NCBI RefSeq assembly: GCF_025526975.1 | Contig: NW_026515672.1 | Coordinates: 620,001-684,000, forward strand | DNA: 64,000 nucleotides | Source: Fimicolochytrium jonesii | Lineage: Eukaryota | Direction: 5' to 3' | Shown here: positions 41,836 to 54,650 of the stretch, in pieces | How positions within the stretch are numbered: position 1 is the first letter of the stretch | Layout of the letters: each line of letters starts with the position of its first letter | Notes under the pieces: model-generated | Told to the model about the DNA's origin: nothing | What the model saw: the letters and a program-made list of their open reading frames with translations, nothing else | Database searches by the model: none | Made by a program: the position numbers and the translations under genes

Positions 41836-42402
41836 ATGTTCTCAGCAGCGTCAACAACAGCCTGCCGGCGGGCAGTCGCAACCGCCACCGCGCAAAACTC
41901 GAAATCACACGTCGCATCCGCTACATTCGCACCACAAGGCCGCAACATCCATTCCACCTCCAGTCCTCACAACACGGTCACAAAAAAGGACAAGGACGTC
42001 ATCTCCGGCGACAAGCGATACCAACTCATCAAAGAAATGCTCTACTCGAAAGAAACTCCGTCCACCCCCGCTAAACCCCTCGGAACCCAACCACTCGACC
42101 CGCGATCGAGTCCAGTCTCCACCGAGTCCCCGCAGGCGCAGCGGATCGATACCATTGAGCGGGCGTGGACGTTGGAGAAGCAGAAGGAGGCCGTGGCAAA
42201 GGTGGCCGAGTTGAGGGGGATGTACGAGTCCATGAGGGAGGCTATGGAGGAGTTGGAGAAGACGGATACGCGGCTTTTTGAGGCGGCGAAATCGGGATCG
42301 GATAGGGAGAAGGTTGTGGTGTTTCCAAAGAGGTTAAGGGTGCCGACGGAAACGCCTCCGTTGGATGGATGGGACTATGAGATGAAGGCGGCCACTCGGT
42401 AG
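41836..42402 (+). CDS. Mitochondrial large ribosomal subunit protein mL40 (yeast MRPL28 type)
   Basis: Presequence; TIERAW, YESMREAMEEL, LFEAA, FPKRLRVPTETPP..GWDY. Confidence 0.82.
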   Translation: MFSAASTTACRRAVATATAQNSKSHVASATFAPQGRNIHSTSSPHNTVTKKDKDVISGDKRYQLIKEMLYSKETPSTPAKPLGTQPLDPRSSPVSTESPQAQRIDTIERAWTLEKQKEAVAKVAELRGMYESMREAMEELEKTDTRLFEAAKSGSDREKVVVFPKRLRVPTETPPLDGWDYEMKAATR

Positions 42403-42849
42403 ACTCGAGGTCGTCATGGGTATCGGTAAATTGATGACAGCGGAAGGTGACTGGCAAAGGATAGGGTTGGGAGCGATGGTCTCGCCGTTAGGTCATGCAG
42501 ATCTTGCGCGTTCCCAAATGTAAATAGTATTACCCCAGGTGTTTATTCCGGCGATGGATGGGCGCGGAAGACACAACAGGAATGGTGTAAAGCAGAGCAA
42601 GGGCCTCCATAGACTTAGAAGTTGAATAACACAGCTGTGATGAAGACCATGTTTGGAAGCTCTGCGATTCGCCTTCTTTTTGGAACGTCTTTTTCTTGGA
42701 TCAAACGTATATACAAAGGAAAGCTGAATAATTTGAGGTTATCGCTCAGTGGTATGGCGCGCACTGTTTTCCGGGGCCGTCGAGACGAGCCCTATCCATT
42801 TTCAAATCCCTCCTACAAATATAGCCACCGCTCCCGCTCTCACTTCACT

Positions 42850-44521
42850 CTAGCGGCCACGTGAAGAAGACCTAGATGAAGACGATCCGCAAGACCGGCT
42901 TCGGCTGCGACTCCTGCTAACGCTGCTACTAGGGGAACGACGACCACGTGCACGTCCTCGAGATGAACTGCGTGAGTAGTTTCGTCGACCCCTCGACCAG
43001 GACCTGGACCGCGAATCCGACGGACTCCTTCGCCTGAGCGGGGTCCTGCTCAATGATCGGCCTCTTTTGACTTCGGGGGCAGGGCGTCCGCTGGAAGGCG
43101 GTGCCCGATCTTTCGAAAGGGAACGTGAGACGGAACGTTTCCTGCCTCGAACGGCATCGTCTCGGATTGAAGGACGGCGAGGTGGGGGACCACTGGCCGG
43201 AACCGCACGAGTCGCTTCCGGCTGATGGTGCCGTCTGTCTGGGTGGATGAATGACTGTTCGGCTTTGACTGTAACGGCCGGCTTATCGGGTATGGTACGA
43301 GGAGGAGGAGATCGAGGGCGTCGGTCGGGAAGGCTGTCCCTGCGTTTGTCGGGGACGGTGCGACCCGGGGGTGACCTCGATCGTCGATCATGAATGCTAT
43401 CCTTACGAGCCTCCCTACGAGGTGGCGACGCCTTGTTCTTCAAAGCCACCCGTTTGCTGTAAGGAGATAGGGAGCGCGACGGGGATCGAGGTGGGCTCCT
43501 CTGGCGGTCCACAGATGGGCGGGGAGGTGGCGAACGAGAAAGCTTCTGGCGTCTCCGTGGAGGAGACCGAGAACTGGAAGGTGAGCGAGACGGCGCGCGA
43601 TTGCGTTTGCGAGACCTAGACTCGGATCGCGACCTTGATCGTGAGCGCGATACAGAAGGGCCCCGCGGCGCATCCCGGCCCCGGCCTCGGAGACGGTCGT
43701 CTTTACGACCTGGTGAATTTCTGCGCCGCTCGTCACGCCTGGACCTATCTACACCTCGGCTCCGGGCCTCTTCTTCCTTCTTCAAACGTTTTTGCTGCTC
43801 CTCGCGTTCCTTCTTTCTAAGTTTAGCCTGCTTTTCGGCAGCCTTTGCCTCTTCCTTCCTCCGCTTCTCAGCATCCTTTTGTCGTTGCTCTCGCTCTTCT
43901 TCTCGGCGTAGGCGCTCCGCAACCTTTTCTTGCTTCAAACGTTCCTGACAAGCAAACAAGCATTAAATCATAGGAGCAGATTGAGGTCCCAAATCAAAGC
44001 TTGATGTACCTGCAATTCACGATCAAACGCAGCGCCAGCGACAAAGTCGTCTCTAATCCCAAACGCCTGCCTAGCCTTCTCATCCGCCTTTTGCTTGGCC
44101 TCCGCCAGCTCATGCACCTGGTGCTCCTGCAATTTCTTCACATCGACGCGCATCTTCTCCAGATTCTTCAGCAACTCGATCCTCAAAGCGGCCACCTGTG
44201 TCTCGATATCGTCATCGTCTACATTTTCACCCTCGAGCTGATCTTGCAACATCAGACATTTGAGCTCGATTTCCCGTTTCTTCTGGTGGTCGAGAATGTC
44301 TTGGTTGGGCTTGCGGAGCGTTGGAGGCTTCTCTTCGAAGGAGGAAAAGTCCTGGTGACGCTCCCGAGGGCGCAAGGAAGACAAGTTGCGCTGAACATAG
44401 CCGTTTGTGCCTGACCCACGCGCCGTTGCGAGACCTGTAGTTGATCGAACACAGTCAGCCTTCGTCTCGGTTCCGAACGCTGAGAAGGCTGATAGGACGA
44501 CTTACCGATGCCATTGTACAT
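42850..44521 (-). CDS. CWC21: Pre-mRNA splicing factor Cwc21/SRRM2-like with long RS tail, 3 exons
   Basis: MYNGIG|LATARGSGTNGYVQRNL, ILDHQKKREIELKC, then an extensive RS/SP-rich C-terminus. Confidence 0.93.
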
Positions 44522-44823
44522 GGTGGTTCACGGGCGTAATGAAGTGTCCGGGAAAGGGTACGGGGTTTGCGTTTAAGGTTGGTCGGGCATTTCACAGCAA
44601 GGGAAAACGCTGTGCAAGAAGGCAGGAATTGAAAGGAAAGAAACAGTTATTTTATTGCGCGTGATAAGAAGCCGTTCCGAACGAGCGGGTGAGTCACGAG
44701 CACGCGTTAGTCACGGGCATTTGGGATTGTTTGCGGCTTCATTCTGTCGCACCTCGCTCGACTCCGTTCAAGAAGAGGGCTATTCTATCCAAGACTTGGA
44801 CATTCGCTCAGAACCAAGAAGAA

Positions 44824-46369
44824 ATGGCGGCCCCAGTACCACCGCCAAAGATCGTCGTCGGCCAGCGCTACAAGGCGACCGCCGCATACGCTCCCGTCCA
44901 CAGCGACGAGGTGCGGCTGGCGCTCGGGCACGTCATCACCGTTCTGCATTCTTATGACGATGGGTGGGTGCTTGGGAAGAACGAGACGACTATGGTGAGT
45001 GGGATGTCTTTCTTGCAGCACGGGAGGTTTTTGTGCTCTTAGCTCTCCTTGAGAAATGAGGTCCTCATGTCCCAATAAGTGGCACTAGCACTCTATCTCC
45101 GAGCATGAACTAACGCGCCCAATCTTTGCAGGGGACAGGTTTACTACCAGGCAACTTCCTAGCGTCACTCGATGCACCGGACGTCCTCAAGGCAGAGCAG
45201 AAAGTAGCGGACAAACGGAAGTCTTCCATGCAACCCTTCACCAACACAAGCGGCAATGGCGCCGCGAGTAGGCAAGGGTCCGTCAAGAGGGAAAGAAACG
45301 CGCTGAATGGAAGCCCACCTCTATCGCCACCGATAGATACACAAGAGCCGGAGGTCACATCCAGGTTTACTGCTCCGGATTTTCCCAGCGGACGGCCAGC
45401 AGGTCCCGTTGAGCCACCATCGACTGCCACCCTCAATGGGACTGATAAGGAGGAGGCTAGCAGGAAGTTGAAAGAGGTGCTGAACAAGAAGAATCCGCGA
45501 TTCAAAGTGCCAGCAAACATTGGCAGCTTGAGAATCATGATTGTTGGAGATTCCGGAATTGGAAAGGTATTTCGGCAGATTCTGTCAACACATGTGCAAT
45601 ACAAATGCCTGACCGTTTACTGCCTATACAGACAGCATTGATCCAAGCTTTCTTCAAAACTTCCGAAATTGTCGAAACCGCGTCTCCCAAAGACGTAGAA
45701 TCCTTCCCAGGCCTGTCCATCGTCCAAAGCATGGCATCGACGATCCCGGCAAACCAGCTCCACATCGGGGAGGACCATCTCAACATCACCTTCTTCGAAC
45801 CTCCTGGATTCGGTGCCCATACCGACGCGATGAGGGTCATCCGTCCCACCGCAGAGTTCAACACGCTCCAGTTCCAAAAGACGGATCGCGTATTTGTCAG
45901 GGACAAAGCCATTCCCACCGACACGATACTCCGTTTCCTCAACTCCGGGAATGGCGCACACACCCACATCGACGTTTGCATCTACGCTGTCCTACACAGG
46001 CTGAAGGCTGTCGATTTGGAGTACATGAGGCAGTTGGCCCCAGGCGTAGTACTGGTGCCCGTCATCCTGAAATCCGATACCATGAAACCGGAGGAAGTTA
46101 TGGCCCTCAAAGTGTCTATACTAGAAGAGACTCGGCGGGCCGGGATCGATCTGTATGGATTCGGCCTGCAGCACCAGGATCTGCTGCAGATTGCTACGGC
46201 GGGCGTGCAGGGAGCGATTCCGTTCGCAGTGAGCGTAGTGGACGATAAACCGAAAGACAGTGTGAACGAGTTTGAACAGTTGAAGGAGCACGTCTTTTAT
46301 CGGGCGCAAGAGCTGCGTCAGCAGACGGCAGAGAACTTTGTTAACTGGCGTGCAACGAACATTCAGTAG
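44824..46369 (+). CDS. SH3 domain fused to a divergent septin-like P-loop GTPase, 3 exons
   Basis: SH3 YKATAAY..DEVRL..YDDGW..|GLLPGNFL; GTPase LRIMIVGDSGIGK|T, NITFFEPPGFG, HIDVCIYAVLHRLKAVDLEYM, LVPVILKSDTM, IPFAV. Confidence 0.82.
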
Positions 46370-46770
46370 TCATAGAGGTCTATCATTTTCCACGAGACCT
46401 TTCTTTGTTTGCATATAGATAGGTGTTTTACATCATATTCAGCATACGTGTCCCTCTCATACAATCCAATGTTCCTCTTGGGTCTCTCAAGGTCGTCATT
46501 GCCCCCAACATCGGAGGGAGTCGTGGCACTCCTCTCGTTTGTTGGATCGAATGCCCAAGCCCGAAACCACCCAAAGCGTTCAGAGGCTCAGGATTGCGGG
46601 ATGATCGAATTGCAGATTGGTCCAGGAATCGAATACCGTTGGCGATCCAGATAAAGCGCTCACTTTGAACACCCAGATGATTGCGAAACATCAAATGTGT
46701 CTATTCACAAGGATTATACAAAAAAGCGCCAAGTATGCGACGCAATACGAGCGCCAAAGTAGATCCGTCC

Positions 46771-48120
46771 CTACTTGGACGAGATTTCCGACCCGACTTT
46801 ATCTGTGATTTGCAGGAGAAACAAGGGAGAAGCTGTCAGTATCCCACAGCCCAAGCACAACTGCCAACGTCCCGCAACGGGATTGCTTACATGTGGCAAT
46901 AGAGTCCCAGTTGATCTTGCTTCGCGTGATGGGTAAAGCACGTCGCAGGGCTTTGAAGATGGATTCAGACATTTCCGCAAACTTTTCGCTCAGTGCTACT
47001 TGGAAATCGCTTTCCGCTTTGGCGATTTGCTTGATGACCGCTTTTGCGAAAGCTTGTGGGTCCTGTAGTCAACGAACAGCCGTGGATGAGATATGCGTCC
47101 AGAGCCCAACCAAGCACTGAGATTTATCGGCGGGCAAGCACATACGCCCGAGTCCGTGACCGAGAACGTAATGTCCTTGTTGGCCGTCAGCTGCACATTT
47201 CCGTCTTCGTAGTAGTGCACGTTCACTTTCAACGATCCCGTCACTTCCGTAGCTCCAGGTTGCGTTATCCACACAGACCGCCATCTTCCGTTCCTACGAA
47301 GCAAACATACGGTAGTGAGAACCGGACCTGCCTCCGCTAGAACGCTCCCTTCTCGCGCTCCATACCAGAAGTTGTTCGGGTTATATTTGTTATCCACAAT
47401 CGCCAAGACCAGCTGCTCCCCTCCGTAGACAGTGGCGGTGCCGTCCGGGTAGTGGTCTTCTATGTACGCAATCGATGCGGTGTCCAACGCTTGCCTGTAC
47501 CAAAGATTATCAGTACTGTATTCAGTCAAGGGGAGACGGTGTCAGCAATCGGGAGCTCACCTGTATGGCTCTGAACTGCCGTGACTGTCAGCAGGTTGAG
47601 CGTCTGATGCCGTCTGAAGATCGTCTTGTGAGGACAGTCCAATTCATCCAACTCCGAAGTTCATCCCACCATACATACGTGCCGTATGTGGTCCACCACA
47701 AACGAGGTCCCAGACCGAGGGTCCACGAAGCGCTCGCCGTCCAGCTGTCCATACTTTGACAGAATAACCTATGTGCGAATGCCCTGCCAGTCAACAGCCC
47801 ATCCCATCTTCCTGACCTGGTGCATCAGAGCGGGCGCACCTGATGTTGCTGACCCGGCGGTACGACCGTCGCAAACTGCTCGAGGTTGTACTCCTGGAAG
47901 CAGCTTGTCACTCCGTTCTCTAGCAACGCTTCGTCTTCGAGTAGCACCCGAACATCTAGGGTGGGATGGGTGTTTGAGCGGGCAGTCCAAAATCAGTTCG
48001 CCGGCGAAGACACTCAGACCCGAACTAACCGTTGAAGACGTCGTTTATTTCGCCCGGAGGAGATTCTTTGAGGAAGCCGCCTACGATTTGGAGCTTGGCT
48101 TCGTCGGATAATTCGGACAT
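46771..48120 (-). CDS. CAP1: F-actin capping protein alpha subunit, multi-exon
   Basis: SPPGEINDVFN|DVRVL, YNPNNFW|NGRWRS, VHYYEDGNVQL, FKALRRALPITRSKINWD. Confidence 0.95.
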
Positions 48121-48639
48121 CTTTAGGCGTACGACGTGGTGAGGGATCTGTGTGTTGCGGATGAGTTGAAGTCAAATTTCAAGTTCATGCCCAACGCGTC
48201 TGTCGGATAGCGGCGAGGAAGGTGTCACTTCCAAAACGGTCTTTCTTGGGCACGTTGAGACTGCAAGACCGCGATTTCTGAACGATCAAGATTTACGTAC
48301 GTTCTGCGCCTGCGGCAAACTTATTCCGATTGGATGATTATGATGGCTCGAGCGAGGCGTGAAATCAGTAGTTGCGGGGAACTGCGGTCCATGGAAGGAC
48401 GGGATGTGGCAGGTACGTAGTATTAAGGGTGAGACTCGGCTACGGTATGATGAATGTGATTAGGCTCCATGTAGAGACTTTCACCATCGAGGGGAGTCCT
48501 ACAAGGCTATGCGACCCTATATACAATTTTACAGAGCGGATGTCCTAGTGCAAGGGAGTCTTGCACATGCATGTGGGTGGTATGGGAGACTGGTGGATAT
48601 GTCGGCGGAATCCAGTGGAGGAATGAGGATTACGGGGAA

Positions 48640-51600
48640 CTAGAACAGTCCGAAGACTCTCCCGGTCTCGGGATCGATGTCCACATCGTAGAAACACGGC
48701 CGCTGTGAATAGAGACAGGTGTAGGTCAGCCAAAATGTACAATGAGTGATACGAAGTCGCCTGGTCCCCGAGGTCAACAACACGTACCGTAGGAAGCCCT
48801 GGCATAGTTTGCATCTCTCCGAGAAGAGGGTAAAGGAACCCTGCGCCCACAGACGCGCGAATGTCACGGATCGGTACTGTAAACCCTGCAGAGCACACAG
48901 GGAGAACTTTAGCAAGATGCTCGTCGACGAGAACGAAAATGAAGCAAGCTTCTCACCGGTGGGTACGCCCTTCAACTTGGGATCATGAGACAAGCTCAAA
49001 TGCGTCTTTGCCATACAAATCGGCAAGTTGCCGAACCCTTGCGCCGTATACACCTCAATCTTCTTCTTCGCAGCTTCGCTCAGCTCAATCCCGTCAGCCC
49101 CGTACATCTCCTTGGTAATGATCTCGATCTTTTCCGCGATTGGCTTTTCGAGGTCGTATAGGTATTTGAAGGACTTGCCGCCTTCTTTTTTCGAGTCCGC
49201 ACATGCTTTTGTGACAGCGTTGGCGAGATCAATCGCTCCAGCGCCTCCCAATGCCCAATGGTCGCTGACGACCGCGTCGAAAGCACCAGCAGCCAGAGCC
49301 GCCTTGCGCACAGTCTCAAGCTCAGCAGCGGTATCTGTGCTGAACTTGTTGACAGCGACGATGACGCGAACTCCGAACTTGCAAGCATTCTGTACGTGCT
49401 TGGCAAGATTGGCGCATCCTTTCTCGAGGAGCTCGATGTTCTCTTGGAAGTAGACATCCGAAATAGGCTTTCCGGCAACGACCTCTGGGCCTCCACCGTG
49501 CATCTTTAGGGCCTTTACCGTAGCGACCAATACAACAGCATTGGGGATGAGACCCGAGGTACGGCACTTGATGTTAAAGAACTTCTCCATGCCAATGTCG
49601 GCTCCGAACCCAGCCTCCGTCACCACATATCCTCCCTCCAGATCTTCCGCGGTGCTTCCAGCAAGTTTCAGGGCGATCCTGTCAGCGATGATGGAGGAGT
49701 TTCCGTGGGCGATATTTGCGAACGGACCGGCGTGCACAAATACCGGAGTGCCTTCGAGCGTTTGCATGAGGTTGGGCTTGATGGCATCCTTCATGAGGAC
49801 GGTTAAGGCACCGCCGATCCCGATGTCGTCAGCCGTGACCGGCTCTCCGGAGGTGCTGGAGGCGACCACCATACGGCCCAGGCGTTCCCGCATATCTCTC
49901 AGGTCCGTTGTCAGAGCCAAGACGGCCATGACCTCACTCGCGACCGCAATGTCGAACCCGGTTTCCCTGGTGTGTCCCTTCTCCTGTGGCCCCAGCCCCA
50001 CATTAATCTTTCGCAAAAACCTATCATTCGTGTCCATCACACGCTGCCATGTAATAGTGTCGCGGTCAATGTCCAACCTCGCAAAGCGGCGTTTCTCCTC
50101 TAGCGTGAGGGAATCGGGGTCGGTCTTGTCGATGCCAAGCTTGGCCAACCTCCTTAGCATGATATCCGAGAATTTCCGGACGCCCTTCTTTGCAGGCACC
50201 AGACGACCGAAAAGTGTCTCGTCGTTGTGCGTGGTTGCTTCGTGGAACATACGGGCATCGATGGCGGCGGCGAGGAGGTTATTCGCCGCCGTAACGGCGT
50301 GAATGTCTCCCGTCAGGTGGAGGTTGAACTCGTCCATGGGAATGACCTGAGAATACCCCCCACCAGCGGCTCCTCCCTTGATACCGAACGTCGGCCCTTG
50401 CGAGGGCTGGCGAACACAGGCGAATGCCGTTTTCTTCAAGTGAGCGCCAAGTGCTTGAACGAGACCAATGCACGTGGTGGATTTGCCCTCGCCAAGGGGT
50501 GTTGGCGTAATGCCGGTAATCACAACGTAGTTGCCGTCCTGGCGGTGTTGCAAACGTTCTAAGGATTTGAGAGAGACCTTGGCCTTCACGGGCCCGTACA
50601 TCTCAAGCTCGGAAGAGAGCAATCCCAGCTCCTCAGCAAGCACTTTCACGGGCTTGGGTGTTTGAGCCATAGCGATATCGATGTCGCTGGGAACCGGGGT
50701 TTTGAGATTGAGTTTGAGGTATTCTACCGGTCGCTGATATCCCTTAAGGAATCGCGCCGCGCTCACCACAGTATTGTGGATGAGCATGGCGACCGTCATT
50801 GGCCCAACACCTCCAGGAACTGGGGTGATGGCGGATGCGACGCTAGAGGCGGACTCGAAATCGACATCCCCAACCCATCGAATCCCTGCCTTCTTGGTAG
50901 CGTCAGGAACAGCATTCGTACCGACATCGATGACCACAACCCCTGGCTTGAGCCACGAGCCTTTGATCATGTTGGGACTTCCAATCGCCGCAATGAGAAC
51001 GTCGGCGGTGGCCACAATTTCCTCTAGGTTCTGAGTCCTCGAATGGCACACTGTCACTGTAGCGTTCTCCGCTTGGAGCATGTGTGCAACCGGCATCCCC
51101 ACAATGTTGCTCCGGCCCACGACGACGGCCCGCTTGCCGCTCAACTGAACTCCAGCATGTTTCAGCAACTCGATGCATCCCTTTGGAGTGCAAGGCTCGA
51201 ACATTGGCTCGTGGTCCCGCTTCGCCAGCAACCCGATGTTAAGGGAATGAAATCCGTCAACGTCCTTCCGGTAATCCATAGCCTCATTGACCGCTTTCTC
51301 GTCAATCCCAGCTGGAAGAGGTAACTGGACAATGATCCCGTGCACTGTGTGATCCTCGTTGAGAGAGTTGACGAGCGCCACCAGCTCCGACTGTGAGATT
51401 GTGGCGTCCAAGTTGTGGTGCGTGAACTTGATTCCCGTCTTCACGGCGGCTTGGCCCTTCATTTTCACGTAAACACTCGAGTCCTCCCGAGCTCCAACTT
51501 GGACTACGACGAGGTGAGGTTGAAAGCCACCATTGTTTGCCGCCATCTCGGCCACCGTCTCACGATCTTTGGCGCGAATGGTCCTAAGCGAGGGTACTCC

Positions 51601-51926
51601 GTCAGGCCCTCATGTCAGAGAAGTGTGATATTGCTATGCAAGAGAACTTACTCGGCGAGAGATTTGCCGTCGATTAGTTTAGCCATTATTGTCATTTCCT
51701 GGTGGTCTTCACTTATACAGCTGGTACTGAGATGACGTTGTGCTTGTGTGGTAGGATAATATGCTATTTGTGGCAGCGGAACACGCTTTAGACCCAGGAA
51801 TTTCGTGTTATTGTCGAGAGAGCCTTTCGGGAACGACCTTATATTTGACGCGATCTGCCGAGCAAACTTGCCACTAGGGCTGACAATCCTGAAGCGGCTG
51901 GAAGGATGAGCAGCAAGACGATACAT
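48640..51926 (-). CDS. MIS1: Trifunctional C1-tetrahydrofolate synthase (MIS1/ADE3 type), 4 exons, with in-frame upstream presequence
   Basis: [83 protein letters not shown]. In-frame ATGs at 51926, 51695 and 51686. Confidence 0.95.
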
Positions 51927-52865
51927 GCACCGACTTGGAATGAGGGTGCCCCAAATGTTGTGGATTGGTTGAGCAGTTTCGTGAGAAAGCGGTCTCCCAG
52001 TCACCTGGCGGAAGTCACACCTGCGACTCGCGAGGCTCCGGGTGACCATCGGCGGACGGAATCGAGAAAAAAGAAGACGAGAGCAAGCTGCGCGTCTCGG
52101 AGGGACAACTGCGCGTTTCCTCCCCACGTTCTTCCCCGGGCCCCCAATGGTACTGTAACGTACGTACGTCGGTAGCATCGAGCCTCTTCCATGCCCCATA
52201 CTGAGAATCGCTTGGCCGTGCTTGGGCATGTATGAAAGTTCTGTGCTCGCCCCGTCGTCATGGCTGGTTTCCGCGGCGGCCTTCGTCAGCACATCACATA
52301 CAGTAACTTGGCAGCAAATCCGCCCATGTCCGGCGTCCGCTACGGCGCTCCTCAACTCCCATCTGATTGCCTACTATCGACGCAGGGTCGACGGTCCTCC
52401 ATAAAGCCTCCAGATGCATGCAAATGCCAGATCCAGGGCTGTCCATCCATCCACCATCCATCCACCTTTCCGTCCGTGGCTGCGATTAGATCGAATGAGA
52501 CATTAGATATGCCCCACATCTGCGACGCGCTGGTGTTCCGCCAATTGTGTCATTTCGGGTTCGTCGCAGAGTCGCGCGCATCATCAGGTCAAGTCATCTG
52601 GATCAGACAAACAAGCCGGACTTCGTATTTTCTCCAACGATTTTTTTTTTCAACTACTCTCAAAACTGCCACGAAAAAGCCGTCGACCTCCATCTACCGA
52701 CGGCCAGCATATATATATCCGGAGAGCTATCTGTTATCCGTCTACGTTCCATTGCCTTCAGAGGATTCCTGTTTCCAGTTTCTCCAGTTGAACCTCTTTT
52801 CACACCTCGCAAAATCCACTTTCCATACCACTTTCCATATCCGACACGCATAAACCAACAAAAGC

Positions 52866-54650
52866 ATGTCCTTCAAGAACACCCGACCACTCCAACGTAT
52901 TAGCCGCCCGTTGACGTTGTCGAATACTGTCCGCGCATTCCCAAGATGCATGCCGTTGACGCCACCCCTCCGTCACATCACAGGGCCTTCCGCGCCCGTT
53001 AAGGCAGCAGCAGCCGCCCACCATGCCGTACCAACCCAGCATAACACCACAACGTCTCCAACACCACCATCAGGCTCGTCCGAAGCGAAAGACCTTCGAC
53101 CGTACGCTAACCGCACCACCGCAGAGCTTATCAACTCACTTCTGGTCTTCCAGTTGTGCGGTATGCCTCGCCTGGTCGAAGCGTCACCGACCATCCTCGA
53201 ATGGACGGAGAAGATGAAATTGCATGGAATAGCCTACGCCATTATCAAACGCACGTTTTTCAAGCATTTTTGTGGAGGAGAGGATTTGAAGGAGGTTGTA
53301 CCGACATTGGAGGCGTTCAAGAAGAACCATGTGGGCGGCATCTTGGATTTAGCCATGGAGGCGGATATGGACGAGGCCAGTCTGGCAGGCCCCGCCGCGT
53401 TGGAGCAGGCGCGGAAGGTAGCAAACATGTTCAAGGAGAGTGTGGACATCGCCAGCCAGACGACGGGTAGTTTCATTGCGGTCAAGATTACGGCCTTGCT
53501 GCCGCCGTCGGTGTTGCTCGCGTGGAGCAATACGCTCAACCTGCTTCATCAGGCCTTCACGGAGGCTGATTCCAACAAAGATGGGAAAATCACTGCAAAG
53601 GAGTTTGAGAAGCTCTCTAGCACGTTCCCTTTGATCACAGGGCAGACGGCTAAGAATCTGTTTGAGCAAAGCGACCGCGACAAGGACGGGTCTATCGACT
53701 GGATTGACCTCTCCGAGACGTTCACTATTTACAATAACGAGGCTGCTCGCGCGCTCATTCGGAAGCCGTTGGAGCCTCAGACACCGGATAACCCATTGAT
53801 TACCGCCGAGCTCCTTGACACGGCCGCACCGATTCTGCCAGAGATAGACAGCGTGGCCCAACACGCGAAAGACCTCCGCGTCCGCATCATGGTGGATGCC
53901 GAACAAACCTACTTCCAACCCGCAGTCGACGACGTTGCTCTCGTGCTCTGCAAAAAGTTCAACCCATCTCTCAAACCCTCCGACGCTCAATCCTCCGAAA
54001 CACACTCATCCCCACGCGGTCCCATCGTCTACAACACCTACCAACTCTACCTTCGCGACACCTACGCCAATCTCGTCACCGACGTGGAGCGCGCCGAACG
54101 GGCCGGCTATGCGCTCGGCGTCAAAATCGTGCGAGGAGCCTACATGCACGCGGAGCGGGAGCGCGCAGAAGCTATCGGCATCCCGGATCCTATCCAGCCC
54201 GACATCAAGAGCACGCATAAGGCATATGATGCCGCCATTGATTTCCTGGTTGGGAAGGTCGCAAAAGGGATCGCTTCAACAGCATCATCGTCGGCAAGGC
54301 CCATCACGTTTGTGGTGGCTTCCCACAACGCGCACTCGATCCAGCACGCCCGCAAAGCAATGGCGGCCGCCAACGTCGCGCCGAACGAAGGCTCGATCGC
54401 GTTCGCGCAGCTGATGGGCATGCAGGATGGGACCACCTTCTCCCTCGCGGCGCAAGGGTACAAGGTGTTCAAGTACATACCGTACGGACCGGTGGATGTT
54501 ACTATACCGTACCTGCAACGACGGGCGCTGGAGAACCAAGACATTCTCAAGCCGGATGGAGGTGTCGCGCAGGATAGGGCGAGTTTGATTAGGGAGCTGA
54601 AGATTAGGTTTGGCGGTAACAGCGGAACAGTCGCTGCTGCTAGGGCTTGA
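52866..54650 (+). CDS. PUT1: Mitochondrial proline dehydrogenase with two EF-hand motifs, intronless
   Basis: TFFKHFCGGE, IAVKITAL, MVDAEQTYFQP, YNTYQLYL, KIVRGAYM, VASHN, FAQLMGM, KYIPYGPV, YLQRRALEN. Confidence 0.95.
   Translation: MSFKNTRPLQRISRPLTLSNTVRAFPRCMPLTPPLRHITGPSAPVKAAAAAHHAVPTQHNTTTSPTPPSGSSEAKDLRPYANRTTAELINSLLVFQLCGMPRLVEASPTILEWTEKMKLHGIAYAIIKRTFFKHFCGGEDLKEVVPTLEAFKKNHVGGILDLAMEADMDEASLAGPAALEQARKVANMFKESVDIASQTTGSFIAVKITALLPPSVLLAWSNTLNLLHQAFTEADSNKDGKITAKEFEKLSSTFPLITGQTAKNLFEQSDRDKDGSIDWIDLSETFTIYNNEAARALIRKPLEPQTPDNPLITAELLDTAAPILPEIDSVAQHAKDLRVRIMVDAEQTYFQPAVDDVALVLCKKFNPSLKPSDAQSSETHSSPRGPIVYNTYQLYLRDTYANLVTDVERAERAGYALGVKIVRGAYMHAERERAEAIGIPDPIQPDIKSTHKAYDAAIDFLVGKVAKGIASTASSSARPITFVVASHNAHSIQHARKAMAAANVAPNEGSIAFAQLMGMQDGTTFSLAAQGYKVFKYIPYGPVDVTIPYLQRRALENQDILKPDGGVAQDRASLIRELKIRFGGNSGTVAAARA

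Noticed and set aside
48704..48957. C-terminal part of the 971-aa ORF-track translation of C1-THF synthase
   Set aside because: Chance read-through of two introns; the conserved [16 protein letters not shown] exon is in another frame.
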